Origin: Candidatus Albibeggiatoa psychrophila | GTDB lineage: Bacteria; Pseudomonadota; Gammaproteobacteria; Beggiatoales; Beggiatoaceae | DNA: 28,793 nucleotides | Assembly: GCA_035829175.2 (NCBI GenBank) | Contig: JAYQWJ020000481.1 | Coordinates: 1-28,793 of the forward strand | Direction of reading: 5' to 3' | In this document: one piece after another, positions 27,569-28,793 of the stretch | How positions within the stretch are numbered: the first letter of the stretch is position 1 | How the letters are laid out: the number at the start of each line of letters is the position of its first letter | Translations under genes and position numbers: made by a program | Notes under the pieces: model-generated | What the model was told of the DNA's origin: nothing | Seen by the model: only the letters and a program-made list of their open reading frames with translations | Database searches by the model: none

Positions 27569-28699
27569 TTAATTAATTTTTAGTAAAAATTCTTTCACAC
27601 TCTGTTCCACACTAAAGGCTTCTTGAGCTTGTGACAACCCCGTTAAAAATTGCTTAGGAGATTTTGCTAGCGTCATTTTAACTGTTTGAACATAGGATTG
27701 AGTTGATACTTTAGTAGCAAAACAACCTACTTGATAAGTATCCACTAAACGCGGCAAATCTCCCACCGGCATACAAATAACAGGACACTGACATTTCATA
27801 GCATCAGAAAAGACTACGGGAATACTTTCAATGCGTGAAGGAATTAACACATAGTCTGCATTGACAAACCATTCAATCGCTGCGGCTTTATCTAAATAGC
27901 CTTTTAATATAATAGGTCGCCCTTGTTCTTGCAACTTTGCACAACTTTTGTGTACTAAATCGTGCAAAGGACCACCGCCAGCAATACGCACTTCAGCAAT
28001 TTTTTCCCAATCATCTTCAGACAGCAACTGTAAACTTTCTAATAATAAATCAATGCCTTTATTGGGATGCCAACGCCCCAAAAAAGCCAATACATAAGGC
28101 GGCGCGGTTTTCAATGCGGGTAATTCGGGTAAATCTAAATGACGGGTGCTAGGTAAAAAGGAACAAGGACGTTTTGAGAGGTGCTCAACATCATCTTTTA
28201 ATAAATAACCATCGGCAAAATTAGCTTGAGAATCGCGTAATACTTTTTGTAACAGTTGTTTAATCAAAGGAATCTTGCCCAAACTCCAAATATCACTGCC
28301 TAATGCCCAAGTAGAATATGGAATCCCCTGTTGTTTGGATACACGCCAAGCCCAATAACCCGAAGGCAACGCCCATAAAGCAAAAATATGATCAACCGCT
28401 TGGTTTTCGACTAATTTGTTTACCGCACCTTGTCCTGCTATAAGCGTTTTACTCAAGGCAGGCCAAGCTAAAGGATTGGACGGTTTAAGCAAGGACAAAG
28501 GCAGGCTAGGCACGGCAAAGCGATAAATAGATAAGTTTTCACTGATTTGTTCATATCCCGATTCAAGGCTAGGCGCGATGACACTGACTTTTACTTGTCG
28601 GGCAAGTGCTTTGGCAAAATCGGCAACAAATGCACCGGCGGCTTCACTACCATCTTGGGTAACTGGATAGGACGTGCTGATTAATGCGATATGCATCAT
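27569..28699 (-). CDS. GT-B family 4 glycosyltransferase
   Basis: HIALISTSYP, FLGRWHPNKGIDLL, IAGGG, GYL, ADYVLIPSRIESIPVVFSDAM..CPVI..VGD. Confidence 0.92.
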   Translation of the reverse strand: MMHIALISTSYPVTQDGSEAAGAFVADFAKALARQVKVSVIAPSLESGYEQISENLSIYRFAVPSLPLSLLKPSNPLAWPALSKTLIAGQGAVNKLVENQAVDHIFALWALPSGYWAWRVSKQQGIPYSTWALGSDIWSLGKIPLIKQLLQKVLRDSQANFADGYLLKDDVEHLSKRPCSFLPSTRHLDLPELPALKTAPPYVLAFLGRWHPNKGIDLLLESLQLLSEDDWEKIAEVRIAGGGPLHDLVHKSCAKLQEQGRPIILKGYLDKAAAIEWFVNADYVLIPSRIESIPVVFSDAMKCQCPVICMPVGDLPRLVDTYQVGCFATKVSTQSYVQTVKMTLAKSPKQFLTGLSQAQEAFSVEQSVKEFLLKIN

Positions 28700-28793
28700 G
28701 GTTTCTCCATGACCAAACGATAGCCATGCGGCATCATAGTGTCTATTGGGCTTAAGCGCGCTAATACATAAGCACTTAAGTTGATTAATAATA
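28696..28793 (-). CDS. 3' end of an upstream gene (partial), possibly a methyltransferase
   Basis: Open frame LLINLSAYVLARLSPIDTMMPHGYRLVMEKP* ends in a TGA that overlaps the GT4 ATG (ATGA). The tail resembles methyltransferase C-termini but is too short to assign. Confidence 0.5.
   Translation of the reverse strand, partial: LLINLSAYVLARLSPIDTMMPHGYRLVMEKP

Noticed and set aside
365-28152. Remaining short antisense or alternative-frame ORFs in the six-frame track (e.g. 918-1235, 1785-2081, 7328-7597, 13047-13292, 18323-18655, 21083-21337, 22812-23069)
   Set aside because: Each lies within a well-supported gene on another frame or strand and shows no family motifs.

Overview
AT-rich gammaproteobacterial chromosome segment. 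A Thiotrichales/Beggiatoaceae-like host is my inference from gene style and a DUF2887/Rpn-type remnant, not something the sequence proves. Left: 3' part of rep, a lone BatA-like VWA gene, accA and hspQ. Middle: the conserved rpsB(t44 leader)-tsf-pyrH-frr-uppS-cdsA-dxr-rseP-bamA-skp-lpxD-fabZ-lpxA cluster. It is interrupted between uppS and cdsA by an internally deleted Rpn/DUF2887-like gene whose C-terminal part has its own Shine-Dalgarno and ATG. Next come an AhpD/CMD-like CxxC protein, dgt and an orphan PAS histidine kinase. A ~281-bp element with 37-38-bp terminal inverted repeats follows. Right: two convergent surface-glycan gene blocks (DegT aminotransferase, sulfotransferase and LPG-synthase/UPF0104 membrane protein on +; GT4, SAM methyltransferase and FemAB-like GNAT on -) with a low-GC core. 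A 15-bp quasi-palindrome (consensus about AGGAY-TG[C/G]CA-RTCCT) recurs, mostly in pairs, in four intergenic regions like a REP family. No tRNA, rRNA, CRISPR array or intact transposase/integrase was seen. All family assignments come from motif recognition, not database searches.
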